From: Camelus dromedarius
Taxonomy: Eukaryota
NCBI RefSeq assembly: GCF_036321535.1
Contig: NC_087436.1
Span: 98,272,001 to 98,336,000 of the forward strand
Direction: 5' to 3'
DNA length: 64,000 nt
Positions 11,537-24,764 of this stretch are shown here, one piece after another. Below the pieces are notes generated by a model. That model was not told the origin of the DNA. It searched no databases and was given only the letters and a program-made list of their open reading frames with translations. A program made the position numbers and the translations under genes. The first letter of the stretch is position 1; the number at the start of each line of letters is the position of its first letter.

Positions 11537-11731
11537 TGACTCAAAACTCCTAGATTTCTTTGATATAAGTCTTCCTGGAAGCAGCATGCTTTCCCATCAG
11601 TTCTTGACTCTTGTTAAGCTTAGCCAGTTCTTGTGGCTAGCCTTAAATTGGACCATTTGCTTTTGTCTGGGTAGTTAAATTTGCCATGTTCATTGGTGAA
11701 GTATTAGCAAGTGCCCTTGGCTCAGCGCCAA
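11537..11731. promoter_or_regulatory. Candidate enhancer: AP-1, TCF/LEF, STAT and a full NFI palindrome
   Basis: TGACTCA 11537-11543, CTTTGAT 11558-11564, TTCCTGGAA 11572-11580 and TTGGC-TCAGC-GCCAA 11717-11731, in apparently non-repetitive sequence. Motif evidence only. Confidence 0.4.
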
Positions 11732-12269
11732 ATCTGCGTTCATCAAAAAGCTTTATTAATAAAGAAAGCACTATTGTATCTCCTTTTGTCTAACTTCTAC
11801 AACTATCTCCCAAGTGTCCCAACATCAGACAGGGAAGTGGGATGTTGCTTACACAAACCTCAACACGTGCCTTCACCTCTCTTGATTCCGTATCTAGTGT
11901 GGAGTGAGCTCTGTGGAACATCCACAGTTTAAATGGGTCCACTGGGATCTCGAGTACCAATGAAGGACCCTGTCGGCTCTGCTTCATCAAAGAAAACACA
12001 TAGTCAACCATCTTTTAATCTGAAGTTGTTTGCTCAATTCTAAGTCTTTTTCTGCCTCAGCTTGCCAGCATGAAACAAAAGCAGAAACAGTAGAGAAAGG
12101 ATATTTGAAAGAGATGGCATTGTTACTTTTGTGGTCTTTGTGATAGCTCTGTAACCTATGACACCTTTCTACATCTGGTATTAATAGAACTTAAATTCTA
12201 CTCCAGTCACAGTGACCCAAAGGCTTACCACAGACCCACACTGAGTATGTGTGTTTTCAAAGCAGCAGT

Positions 12270-12570
12270 TCAGAGCATTTCAGGGGTTGTCTAACCTAGT
12301 TTGGGGGAAGATCAAAAGAAGATTCCTCCAGGAAAATGATATTTAAGTTAATACCTAATTTACAAAGTAGTATTTGGGAGCTGGCTTTTCAGGAAGAAAA
12401 GATGATACGGAGGCAAGGCATAGTATGATCCAGGAATAAAAAGAAGTCTGCAATGGCTAGAGTCAGGAGAAATACAGGAAGTGGCACAAGATAAAGCTGG
12501 AGAGGTGAGAAGCAAAAGCTAGTTGACCATGTCGAGGGTGACAGATGAAATTGCTGGTGAAAGGTGGGAA
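12270..12570 (-). mobile_element. L2 fragment
   Basis: Antisense L2-like sequence (TCTAACCTAG..GGGAAGATCAAAAGAAGATTCCTCCAGGAAAATGATATTTAAG..; AGATAAAGCTGGAGAGGT). Confidence 0.65.
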
Positions 12571-14814
12571 TGTTTTGAAATCACTACTTGGGGGGAAAAA
12601 AAATAAGCTTAATAGGTAATCCATCATAATAAACACATTTTGAAGGACAGGTATAATTTCTAAAAGCTTCAGTGCTCCTTCCTTCTTGGTTTGCAATGAT
12701 CTATAATTTTAAGTAAGTTTCTTTGTCTAGATTGATAGCATATCTTCATTTATAAAATGCTGATCTATGACAGAGGCTTCTAATCTTTAAATAATGAGTT
12801 TTAGTGACCCGTGAATCTAATTTGAAAGGTGCTATAACATTACAGCACAGTGCAGTATTATGATCTGGTTTAAAATATTCAGTATCATTATGCCTTTAAA
12901 ATGTTCTTAGGAATTAGGTTGATTATACATGAGCATTCGCTGAGTGAGTCCAAGAATATAAATGATTCCTTGGATGGCTAACTCCGGCTTGAATTATTTC
13001 AGAAAGGATAGACCAGAGGAGAGTTATGAAAAGTTTAAAGTCTTCCAGCTTCTATAGGAAGCTGTCATTTCAGGTTATATTCTTCGTATAATGGGCATTT
13101 GAAGTGAATTCTGCTGCTTTGACATTCCAAGCTGTTGTGGAATATTTTCAGAGTTTCCCCATCATTCTAAACATACTGCACGAGCCTCTCTAGGATTCAA
13201 GAGTCGCCACTTGTCACCTTTATATCCCCAATCAGAAAGGAACTGCGGAGAAGCATAGTACTTCATCATGGAAATATCTGAGTTACATTTCCCTTAAGGA
13301 CAAATATTTTATCAATTGAGTAAGACAAAGAACCAGGTTTTGTTTTTTAATATCCATATGCATGTAATTTGTACTGCATCATGAGTATCTTTCGTATCAG
13401 CTCAGACCCTTACTGCTAACAAGGTTGCACACTTTCATTTCATGAATACAATGATAAATACACAGCCAGACCCATCACCAGTCTTGTGTCCTCATTATTC
13501 ACGCTTGCTATGTATTGAGACAAAGTTTTACAGTGTGCTGTGCGTTAAAGTGAATGACTGTATATCCTTCCACATTAACATAGTCTTAATTTTAGATCTT
13601 AGTATCAAAATGTAAATGCCTCAGAGCCTTTGCTTGAACCAGTAACTTCTATCTGCCATTTTTATTTCCTTATGCTCATAAAAAAAAAAAATCCTTGTAT
13701 AAAAGTGTATCGTCACACACTAAGAAATAATTGTTTTACACCTAGCTTCAACAGAGAAATACCACTGCCAATCACATATGCACTTGAATACATATTATTA
13801 TTTTCTAAAGTAGCATCTTTGGCAAGAACTTGCAACTTGCATATACTGATGGTTTTAAATGAGTATTAATATGAATGTGAATTGATGACTCAAATAACGC
13901 CTTCAAGTAATTGTTCCATGGTTTGGTTTTCTAAGGTTGGTTCTGATTTGGCCCTGTGATAAAGATCTCTAGGACTCTACTTGTTAATGGGGATTAGTTA
14001 TCCCTAATAAGTGAGCCTGTTGTAACACTTCTGGCCATTGTCTGTGTTCCATTAGACCCCGTAGCTCACTTTTGGATGCCAGTGAGTATAGCTCTAGCTC
14101 TGAGAATCAGCATTCAGCCTCCTCCTACCACACATCTGTGACGGGTGCTCTCTCAGGTGTTTCTCCTAATGCAGCTCATTGCAGTGTAAGTGTCTCTGTA
14201 GCACATACCTACAGAAATACTTTGGTGACAGAATGCTTTCAACCAGGGTTGCCACCTTACTGAAAATAAAATCAGATCACAAAAGATCTTTTGAATATGG
14301 AGAATGAGTCACTTCTCTTTCCATGTCACTTCATTGATCCAATGACAAATGCCATATGAGCACATTTGTTGTTCTGCTGAAGTTAACTCTGTGCTATAAT
14401 TAGGCAGCTCTCATATTTCCCGAATATTCTTTATGCGTGCCCAACTTTAGGGCTTAGCGTCAGCTGTGCCCCATTCCTAACAAGTCTGAATGACCTCTGT
14501 AATGTCTCCCAAGTCAACTCTTTATTCAAGATCTAATTTAGAAATCAGCATTTCAGGAAAGTTCTCCTTGACTTCTCTAACTCATGTTTTCTGATTTTTC
14601 TGACTCAAGTCCTTAGAGTATATATCACAGCTAATTATATGGTGTTTGTTTTGGGGTATTTACTACTTGTTTGGAGTTTGCAAATTGGTTTGTATAATTA
14701 GGGTATGGGTTTTGAGAGAAAGAAAACAAAGCAGTTTATACCTTTTATATATCCCCTTATTTCAGTCAGTTACTGTTAGTTTATTTACATATTCAGTATT
14801 TAAATAGGTTTCTC

Positions 14815-15394
14815 TACAGGACTAATAGAGGAACTGACCATGGGGAGGGAAGAAAAACACCTCGATTCTCTGTCTTATCTAAGAAAAAGAATTTAAATGG
14901 AAGACTGAAAGTGTGATATAAACAAAGGATTTTATTAGTAGAGCAAAAGTCAGTATAGCACACTTTTGAGAACTGAAGGCGGGCCAACCCAAGAGAGGCA
15001 AAAATTGGCAACACTTCTTTGTTTCTCCTGCCTGGTATCCTGGCTTTAGGGGCTCTCGGGATTGATCGACAGTTTATATACATCCCTTGAGTGCTTTGGA
15101 GTGCCCGTCTCCTTTGCGCATGCTCTTTTACTCATGATGTACACAGAAAAGCCTATGGGAGGGAGCCCAAACTGCAATGTTAACTATAATACAGTGAACA
15201 TTAGGTTGTGTCCACGTAAGTCCTTTTTTGCTACTGAGCAGTCCTGCCTGTTGGATTCTAACTGGTTTCTTGTTGGTACTAATTGAGAAGAAGTAAAGTC
15301 CCTTTATGTTGGAGGTAGTCACAGTGGCTTCTTCTGGACCATCTCCCTCGCCTCCACCTATCTGCCTGGTGCCCCCACTTATCTATTTACCTCA
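14815..15394 (-). mobile_element. Probable ERV1-type solo LTR
   Basis: GC/CpG-richer ~580-bp island ending ...CTATTTACCTCA (TGAGG start on the minus strand), with a minus-strand AATAAA near 14930 and a TATA-like element near 15075. No TSD seen. Confidence 0.55.
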
Positions 15395-16796
15395 CAGAAC
15401 CACATGGCTTGTGAGGGTTAATGCTTTAAGAATTATTCAGTGGCACTTCCAGCCTCAGATTGAGTTTACCTAAGCAATGTTAAAATGGGCCATTGTGGTT
15501 TCTTTCTATATTTAGAGAAAGGCACGATGGTGATTAATGCTGCTCTCAGTGTTCAGTCCATTTTTTCAAAGTGACTGGACAGGGGCCTTTCCAGAAAGAT
15601 TTGTTAACTTTGAAGACATATTAGCCTTTAAAAAGTGATCTCCTTCCCTTTGTCAGCTTGTCTGAAAATTATTTTTCTTAGAGATACATAGCACACACAC
15701 AGGAATAATGTACTATAGATAACACTTATTGTATAGTTTCTCCAACAGTCATGGAATTTCAGGTAGTTTGCACACAAAAATATTTAGCAATATAATATTT
15801 GGAGAAAAATAGTGTTTTGTTGTAAATATTTTAAAATATGAGAAATTCTGATTTTTGTCAGTTTCTGTCCTATAATATTTTAAGGAACACTTTTTTCCTA
15901 GTGGTATCTATCAAAATAAAGTCAGAAATCAGGATTCTAGTTTTAAAAGAACTCTCTAGAGTTTGCATAGTCTGTATTCAGTGTATAATTTTGGACATTA
16001 GTGCATGCAGTATAAGAAAGTAACAGAAGGTATAAAAGAGAGAGTACTGGCCTTCAGTTGACTAAGGAGGCAATAAGAAAACTAGTGACAAGTAAAAGAC
16101 AAAAATGTTTGCATGATACGTGAAATGTAAAATGAGTAAAAGATTAGAAATTAAGGAAACTTCAGCATAGCATGAAGTTATTCAGAGGAAAAACTTTTGC
16201 TATGCTTTCAGTAGATATCTTAGAAATAGATAATTATAGATTATATATGTGTCAAAATTATATGATAAAATAAAAAGAACAGGAGATGTGTGATGGAGAA
16301 AGAATAATATTCATAACTTTGTAGCATTTTATGAAAGTCTGCACCTGACTTTTGCAATTCAAATATTCGCATGCTCATGCACATACATACACAATGCCAG
16401 ACTTTGCAGAAAAAATCTGGGACCACTGCTATTAATTTTGTACTTGCAAATTAGCATAGCAGTAATGACAATTTAAATAAGTGTAAAGAAAGCTTGGCTA
16501 TGCACCATAAGAAATTTGATATCTTGCTTTTATGTATATATATACATACACAGATATATACAAATAGTTTTTTTTAACACTGAAGTATAAGCTAATACAT
16601 TTACAACATTGTAAAAATTCCAATTTAATATCCCTCGAGAAAGATAATAAGGTAAAGGTGAGCATAAACGTATGTGACATAATCAGACTGGTTAAGTGCT
16701 TTTTATCTTTCAAGAACTGCTTTTTGCAGCTCTCTGAGCTTTCTGCTTGGAGGAATATTCTGGCAGACACAGCTTGAAGGAAGATGTTCCCTTAAT

Positions 16797-16815
16797 TCAC
16801 ACCAGATGGCACTAT
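16797..16815 (+). promoter_or_regulatory. Candidate CTCF site
   Basis: ACACCAGATGGCACTA closely matches the CTCF core CCACYAGRKGGCRSYR with one mismatch at the first C, in non-repeat context. Confidence 0.5.
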
Positions 16816-18641
16816 AGAACTTTTCCATTTCCTTAAGAGGCCAAGCAAAAATAAAAGAGATGAAGTACAGTGAAAAACCCTTGTTGAGTGAATTTGTCTC
16901 TCACGTCTGTTTCCTAAGATCAACTAGCATTATTGTTTCATACATAACACAGGAATGTTGCTGGCCTAACACGCTTTTCCCTCTGTAACTCTTTATTAAA
17001 GTACAAATAAATACGTAAATAGGAATCTGTTTATATAACAATTCCCGAAAGCCTTGGGTTACGCTAATTTTCTGGGAAATAATTGATTATCTTACACATT
17101 TCATCCCCAATTTATGGGCCTGGTAGAAATCCATCAAGACGTAATCGTTAATGATTTCTCAGTGTTCACATTCCTAGTATGGTGCCTGCAAAGCTCAAAG
17201 GGCTCTAACTGAACTACTTATTAATTTTCAAGTTGCATCAGTATAGTTCACTTATTCCTTCTTTCCTACCTGCAAAAGTATGCAGACAAATTGAGACTTT
17301 AGTAAAAGTATTAATTCCGTTTATTCATCTCATATGTTTTCATAATGTTTTTTTGTTTTTCTATAGTGAAGATGATATGAATATATCATGCATTCATCAT
17401 AGTATGAATATATAGTATTCACTTGTGTTGGAGAAAACACTCCAAGTTGTGGTATTTTATGAATAATGAAACAAGATTCATGTAAAAGGATATTTTCTTC
17501 TCTTCTAATTCCTCTTATTATTATTTTACAACTTCTCCATGGTGCTTTTTATCATAAAGAAATGACTCTGGGCGTAATGGTATAAAAATCCATTTAGATT
17601 GCTATGCCATGTATTTAAATATTAATATTTAATTAGTAACATACCCATTCTGTGCAAAAATCAAATAATATACAACATTTCCACTTTCTTATGATTCAAT
17701 TTTGTCCTTGTATATTTATACAGAAGTCTATCAACTTCGGATTTTCAAGAAGCTACCAAAATGATTGCATTTTAAATAAATATCTTAGCAAAGTTTAAAG
17801 CTCAGATATCATGTTTAACATAGATCATTTTCCTATAATTTGTATAGAAATAACACGTATTGCTTTAGACAATGCAATGAGTTACATGAAAATATTCTAA
17901 GCCACCATTTAAAGTAGATTTATTAAAATAATCTTGCCATTATCAAATCCATAATTATAAATTAATCAGATAATAGATGTCAAACACATCCCTTCACATC
18001 TCATAGAATCTAAGCAACCCAAAATATCTTTGACTTTTACTTACGTGCCTTAAAAAGTTAGAGCTGTAAACATCTGTAAACCATAAAGAGACATGTTAGA
18101 ATGTTTTTTCTTTCATTTGACATTCTATAAATAGGGGTCTGTAATGAGAGCTTTTTAGCATAAAGGGAAAAAGCATATGCTTATATGAATGTTTTGGTAG
18201 AATTGTCTAAAGGTTACACAAGAAATAAGTTAATGGACTGAAGTTTATAGCTGTGTATATAACTGTCAAATCTTTCTGTAAATTACCTTTCTCTTCTACT
18301 GGCTGGAATGCAAAAATCCAATAAACTGTTAATAAAAATGGAAAGGTCATATGTAAATATCAAAGATCTTGAAAATGAACTAGAAAAGATGATAGTTTGC
18401 AGGAACATATTATTTCATATTCTGTTTCATTGTATTCTAAGTGTGATTTGGGTTGCAAAGTATGTTTCCAAGGAAAAAAAAATGAGTAGGAAAAGTTTCT
18501 ATAAAAAAGAGATTAGTTTCCCATCTGAAAAAAGGAGTTTGAGTACTAATTGGCTGTTGGTTTCTGCAACTTCAGAAGAATTGCAAACAATTAAACGCTT
18601 TGATATTTTCACTGATTAAGCAAACTCTTAATAGGGCCTCA

Positions 18642-18915
18642 TGGAATTTTTCCAGAAACACTGAGAGAGCACAGTCTGGGAGGGGTGTGCGTATGTGATG
18701 GACCGTTCATTGCTCAGGGCCTGGGAGGCTCCTCTTCTTTCTGCAGCCAGACACCTCACAGTCTCGCAGTTGCTGGCCTGGTCTTGAGCTTGCAAAGAAT
18801 TGGCACCTGGGAGAACGAGAGCAGAAACTACTCTTCTCCACCCTACTCCATTTGTCCAAAGACAGAATGTTCCTTTTAAAGCCGATCTGAAAGTTGTAGC
18901 CTCCTAAAGGTAATT
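18642..18915 (+). promoter_or_regulatory. Candidate promoter / non-coding exon with a 5' splice donor
   Basis: GC-richer unique island. Rel/NFAT-like palindrome TGGAATTTTTCCA (18642-18654), KLF/Sp-type GGGAGGGGTGTG (18678-18689), acceptor-like CTCCTCTTCTTTCTGCAG (ends 18746) and donor AAG|GTAATT (18909/18910). Confidence 0.35.
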
Positions 18916-19257
18916 TCATTTAGGCCTAGGGAGAAGCTGAGTCTGAACACATGCTGTTTCTGATGAAGCCATGCATGGTGCCTCTTGATCTGCTGTGCCT
19001 GTATTTTAAGGGCTGTTCTGGTGCCTGAAGATAATGGTTGGCAGAAGGGCAAAGTATGGGTTTGTTCCCCTGAATAGGTCCTTGAAAGAGCAATTTCTTT
19101 CCTCTTTTCTTTCTCTATTTTATTTCAGCAGTGTCCAAACTCTAAAATTTTTGTACAGGATCAACATAAGAATCAAGTTTCATCAAGACTATGAAGTAAT
19201 AAGTAGCACTGATTGCTACTGATGTCTTTAAGCTGAGGGGACGATTAACCCTTTATG

Positions 19258-19410
19258 ATTTAGGCAGATACTCAGTTTTCTTTAAATGTTCTAAATTATT
19301 CACCAAAAGCAATGAATGAATAGATGAGTTTATTTAGGCCAATGCTTCATGTTTTCTTAAATGATCTAAATTATTCAGGAAAAGCACGGAATGAATGAAT
19401 GAATTTATTT
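19258..19410. repeat. Diverged two-copy tandem duplication, unit ~75 bp
   Basis: TTTAGGC..GTTTTCTT(T)AAATG(T/A)TCTAAATTATTCA..AAAAGCA..GAATGAAT..ATGA(G/A)TTTATTT occurs twice head-to-tail. Confidence 0.85.
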
Positions 19411-21535
19411 CACTGGAAGCATATGATTAAGATCAGCTTTCCAAATAAATTTGTAATGTTCACATTTGACATAAGTAAGTGTGCTCCTTTCATTAACTAA
19501 AGGCTGGAAAATCACAGTGAGAGAAACCCAAAAATGATCCAAACACATACTCAAGTGGGATTTTGAATGTCTAGAAAAGTTCCTTCCAGAATACATTATT
19601 TACCATATTTAAATAACATTGGCTTAAGGTCAGATTTAAACTAAAAGCCCTTTCAATTTAAACCTTTCTGATTCCTGTGATCACTTTTTCAATTAGACAA
19701 TGAAAAACAATTTAGTGGATACTTAGCTTAATTGGTTTCCTTCTACTTTTTTGACCTCCAGGGCTCCGCTTATGTATTCTATGCAATATGCTTGTACAAT
19801 TATCTGCCTCTTTAGAATGCACATTTCCATGATTTGGTACAAACTGTCTGATTCAATCACTATTAAGTGCTCTTTACTCCTTTTTCCTTTTAGGAGAGAA
19901 GGGTTCAAGGCTTGCTTCTAACTTCTGGAATTAGAATAAAATTGTAACTTCTTATTAATAGGAAAGAACAAGTCTGAATCAGTAAATGATGCTGCAGTTT
20001 TTAGGCAGAGTTGTTACAGAATGTCAAGAAGAATGTCATTAAAACTCTAAACAAAATGATAAAACAAGAAGTTGTTAAATAATTAGTTAATTAAGTACAG
20101 TGATAGCAGATCCAAACTTGATGAATTAGTATTTTGTAGTGATAGAATGTATTTCTCTGTTTATGTCTGTGTTTGCATCTGAGTGTGTAGATTTCTCTAG
20201 GGGTCAGGTTCTTTTGTATAGACGTCCATGCCATTTCCTTCAGTAAACTTCATTGAAGTTTTAAGTTTGATAGGTTACCAACTTACACCTAGTTGTATGC
20301 AACTAGGTATAGGAAAAAAGTCTCAAATATGGTATAGGTTTAAAAGCAAAATCAGTTTCATATGAATCCTGGTCTTAATTATCTAAAAGCTGTCATCTTA
20401 AGAAATAATTTGGTGTTACTAAAAAAAGTTTTCTAAGGATCAAATTTTCTCACTATAGTTAGGTACAGGATGACAAGTGGCATCTCATTATGTTGAAAAA
20501 TGTGATTTTCAAAAACCTGATATTTATTAAAACTTTACTATTTAAGGTCATTTTACCTCATTTACATCAACCTCATTCATTCACACTTTTTAGCACTGTT
20601 TAATTAAAAGGGTAAGAAGAGACAATCTCTCTCCATAAGGAGTATGCTATAGTGCAAAGGAAGTAACAAGTTCTCCCCTACAGAAGAAACAGTAATTACA
20701 CAGTGTGGTAACTCTACTCTACAAGGCTCATAATCTATTTTTTTAAGTGTTAAGGCTTAGCTGAAAGCTAGACAAGGTTAGCACTTTCGCCCTACTTCAC
20801 AGATACATAAACTGAGCCCAGTAGCTCTGTACATAATTAGTGAGGATTTCAGAAAATAGAGAAGTCATTAAATGTCACAGACATCGGTTTTTCCACCTGT
20901 AAAAAGGAAGTGTTTGGGTTAAATTCTGAATTTTCTTCAAATTTACCCTTTTACCATCTTATTACTCGTTCAAGATCATACAGTTGGTGAATCTTAGAAA
21001 TCAGGCCTTCTGTATCCTAAGAACACTGTGCTCAGCAGTATCCTCAATTTCTCTTCCCAAATGCGTCCAGTCCCTTCCTAAGACCTAAATTGGTGCCTGC
21101 AATTAGACTTGTTAGAGCACCCATTCTTCATATCTCATTGCCTCAAATTAATTTCCTCCAACTATATGATTATTTGGCATGTATATAATATTTAATGTCT
21201 CTGGAGAAATGTATTTGTATGTCAGCTTTTATGTCTATGTTATGGTTTTACATTTTTAATAGATCCTTCTTGTTACATTGATAGATCTACTTAGTGTACT
21301 TACAATTCTTTTACTTGTGTGCACTATACTTTTGTTTATTCAGGAGGCTATTTAATGTTGGATTATATTACAGTTAAAATTCTCCAGTTTCTAGATTCAA
21401 ACTAAACCTGGGTTCCAGTCTCCATATAGTGGTATGAGCTTGGGGAGAGTTGCTTAACTTCTGTATAGTTTCTTAACTTTTATGTTCAAAAACCTTTTCA
21501 CATAAAATTAGAATTACTGGAGTGAATATTCACAG

Positions 21536-21585
21536 ATATATGTATCTATGTATGTATGTACGTGTGTGTATGTATATGTGTATAT

Positions 21586-21629
<44 letters not shown>
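21536..21629. repeat. Compound (TATG)n/(TG)n/(TA)n microsatellite
   Basis: Directly visible. Confidence 0.95.
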
Positions 21630-22902
21630 ATTTAGCCTTGTTGATTGAGGAATGCCTTTTTAATGGTGCTGTGATTATATCTGTTGACCTCTTGGAATTT
21701 TCTTACTAACACTGAAGTTCCAAATAGATTTTTTTATCTAGCTCTTCTAATTGCTTATCTTCAGTGTTTCTAAAGAAATGTATAAAGTTTGAACTACATG
21801 AGCGAATATGCTTTTGGGAAAGGTCCATTTTGTAATGTGCAGTATCTCTAGGATTTTTTTAGCTCTATCTGAAACCAGTTTCTCCAGTTTCCTCAGCTCA
21901 CACTAACACTCCTACTATTTAGCTATCAGCAATTTGGGAAAATATGCATGGTTTGTAGGTAAAAAATAAACTAACAATGCAAGGCCCATGAGTTTTCACC
22001 TTATTCGTCCTCTTAGATTCCTCTGCAACTCCACTCAATATTTACATCTTCATATTTAGAGAGTAAATCTGTGTAAAATAACTGGTTGAATCATTCTTAC
22101 TAAAACACTTAGGTCAGATTATGATGGAAACCTGATTGCTAGTATTTCTTGAGGTTTGGTTTAGGATAATGTGCCTGGATAATTTAAAATAACTAGCTGA
22201 CAATATAAGAGAAGGCAGGGGAGAGGGACATAACTTTAAATTTTCTTTTTGTTTTTGTTTCATCATAGGACAGTAGCATATGAGGTCTTTGATGTTGAAG
22301 TAGAAATATTAGAATCATAACACCAATAGCAGAAATGTACTCTTCCTTTTAGGTTTAGATCACTGGCATTACATGCTTTGAAAACTAGAGGTGGGACAAA
22401 AATAAACCTGTTGATCTATTTTTTTAAACATATAATCTAGGGACAATAAGAAGAAAAGATAAAATTGCAGTGATATACCAAAGTCAAACTACACCCTACA
22501 CACTTGTGGCTGTACCAGATCTGCACTATATTTAGCAGTCCTCCTGAGGCAGAGCAATGATGGCAAGACAGAGATGGGTGAGGAAATGTAATGCCTTTGT
22601 ATGTTCCTCCTAGATATTAGAGGCATTGTTATGTGTGTGTTTGTGTGTGTACATATATATACACACATATACATATGAGATATATATCTTCTTTAATATT
22701 CTAGATGCAGAATCATTTAACACCAGAAATTACCTTAGATCTCCTTTTAAACGTGAAGTCCATGTTTGTATAGCTAGATTGCCATGGTGATGAGAATAAT
22801 ATCAGTGTTTTCTCCATTGTCTACTCTGTCTTATATGAACCTCTAAAGGTACTGATTTACCTATTGTTCTTTTGGCTCAGCTGCATACTGGGCTTTCTAG
22901 CC

Positions 22903-23046
22903 ATGGAGCCCACAGTGAGAATCCATGAAGAAATTCTCCTCTCATTCCTGTGGCATCAAGTTGATGGAATTCAGACCATTCCTGTCATTATTACTTGCAT
23001 GGACAAGGACCTTGGAATTACAGAGGAAAGTAGACACTCTCACTAG
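22903..23046 (+). other. Speculative 47-aa small ORF in a terminal-exon-like context
   Basis: Acceptor ...TTGTTCTTTTGGCTCAG (ends 22880), strong Kozak GCCATGG, ORF MEPTVRIHEEILLSFLWHQVDG...SRHSH*, AATAAA at 23056-23061. No recognised homology. Confidence 0.15.
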
Positions 23047-23278
23047 CTGAAAGAAAATAAAGCAACCACTGTTTCTGTGTTTCAGTGAATTCAGTAGGAT
23101 GAGTTAAAACATTTATCTATTTTATTCAGTGTTACTGAGAACTTACCATGCATTTATATTGAACTAGACAAGTTGGAAGATGCAAACTAGAACTTTGGTT
23201 ATCCATACTTACTTATTCACATGTATGCACATATATAAGGGTTGAGATGAGTACACAGAAGTAAAAGAAGATTGATGT

Positions 23279-23746
23279 TGCTGACAAAAATTAAGCAGTC
23301 TATCTGAGAAAGAAATGGAAAATTTTATTCAAGCCAAATTGAGGGTTAGAACCCTGGAGCAGCCTCTCAGAAAGCCCCAAGAACTGTTCCACCAGTTAGA
23401 GGTCAAAACACAGTTACCTAAGTTTTTGAGACAGAGGGCTGTGCATTAAATGACATATTATTGATGGTTTATACAGTCTAGCAGGTAGTGGGCCATGGGT
23501 CATTGTGGTGCCGTACAAGATGAAGAAGGAATGTTATCTTTTAAGGAGTTGGTGGTGGTGCTAGGTGTCTTGTTGGTTGCTCTTTATGGTTGAGCAGGTA
23601 TCTCTGCCGATGAGGGAGGTTTCATAGATGCATAATGCAGATATACAATATACAGTAGAAAAGAGAGAGGAGGCCAAATGGTAGAGAAAAACTTCTTATG
23701 CTTTAATAGTTCTTGTCTTGCCATAAAATGTAAATTTTACTTTACA
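23279..23746 (-). mobile_element. ERV1-type solo LTR (MER41/MER34-like architecture)
   Basis: TG...TTTACA ends, minus-strand AATAAA in TTTTATTCAAGCCAAA, and a candidate 4-bp TSD ATGT (23275-23278 and 23747-23750). Confidence 0.78.
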
Positions 23747-24764
23747 ATGTGAAGTTGCACTTAGAGCTGACAGTGCAAAACAACAATTTTTTTACTGCAG
23801 TATGCAGCTTTTGGTAGCTTCAAATTTGTCCAGTATCCTAGAACCATGGGACAAGAAATAGCAACAGGAAGGACTAGCTCAAGAGCAGCCTTGGAGGACT
23901 GTAGGTGAAGGACAATGAGATTCTAATAAGAATTGATCTCTACCCTCCTGTTCTCTAATGTGTCTCTGGGGAGCCTTCCAGACGATTATCATGACACTTA
24001 CAATACAGTATTCTATCAATCTGTGTATTTTCTTGTTTCTCTTAATTGACAGCCAACTGAGGGCAGATAATGTTGTTTAACTTTTTGCAGGCCCAGTGTA
24101 TGTTTAATCTTTAATACATAGGATGCAATCAACTATGTATGGCAGATGAAGAATAGTACCATTTTCATTAATGTAAAAGTTATATCATATTATTAAGACA
24201 AACTTAAAGGGAAGTGCCAGAAAAATAACTTTATTTTACTTTAATGGATAATTTTGTCTTTTCCCAAACAAAATAGTTAAAATGTCATTGAGCATTGATG
24301 TTTTTTCCAATGATAACAGTTGTCATTGAAAACATAATAAAATATTCTTGACAAATTTGGGCTGGGAAAAATGGCACAGAGTTACAGTCCAAAAGGAAAC
24401 TTAAGAATGGCTGGGGGTATAATTAGTAAATAATTAACTGGACAGTAATGATATTAAATAATTTTCTTCTGAACATGCCATTAAAGCCATTGTTCCCATA
24501 GAAGTTAAAAGAAAAGGGCAAAGTGCAAAAGTTTAACAGCATTGCATAGAAAATTGATGAAGATTAACATGTTTGAGTGCTTCAAAATAATCCACCTATG
24601 TTGATGTAATTCTTATTAAAAGATTTGTTATCAAAACATGTAATTAAAACATCCATTAGATAGAAAATGTAAGCAGCTATTATTTTGAATTCACAATCAT
24701 ATTTAAAGAATAAAACCCAAAATGCTGGGTTCATATTATAGGTGCCAGAATGATGCTCTTGAAG

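Noticed and set aside
13046..13064. Short hairpin CAGCTTC-TATAG-GAAGCTG
   Set aside because: A 7-bp stem is expected by chance, and there is no supporting context.
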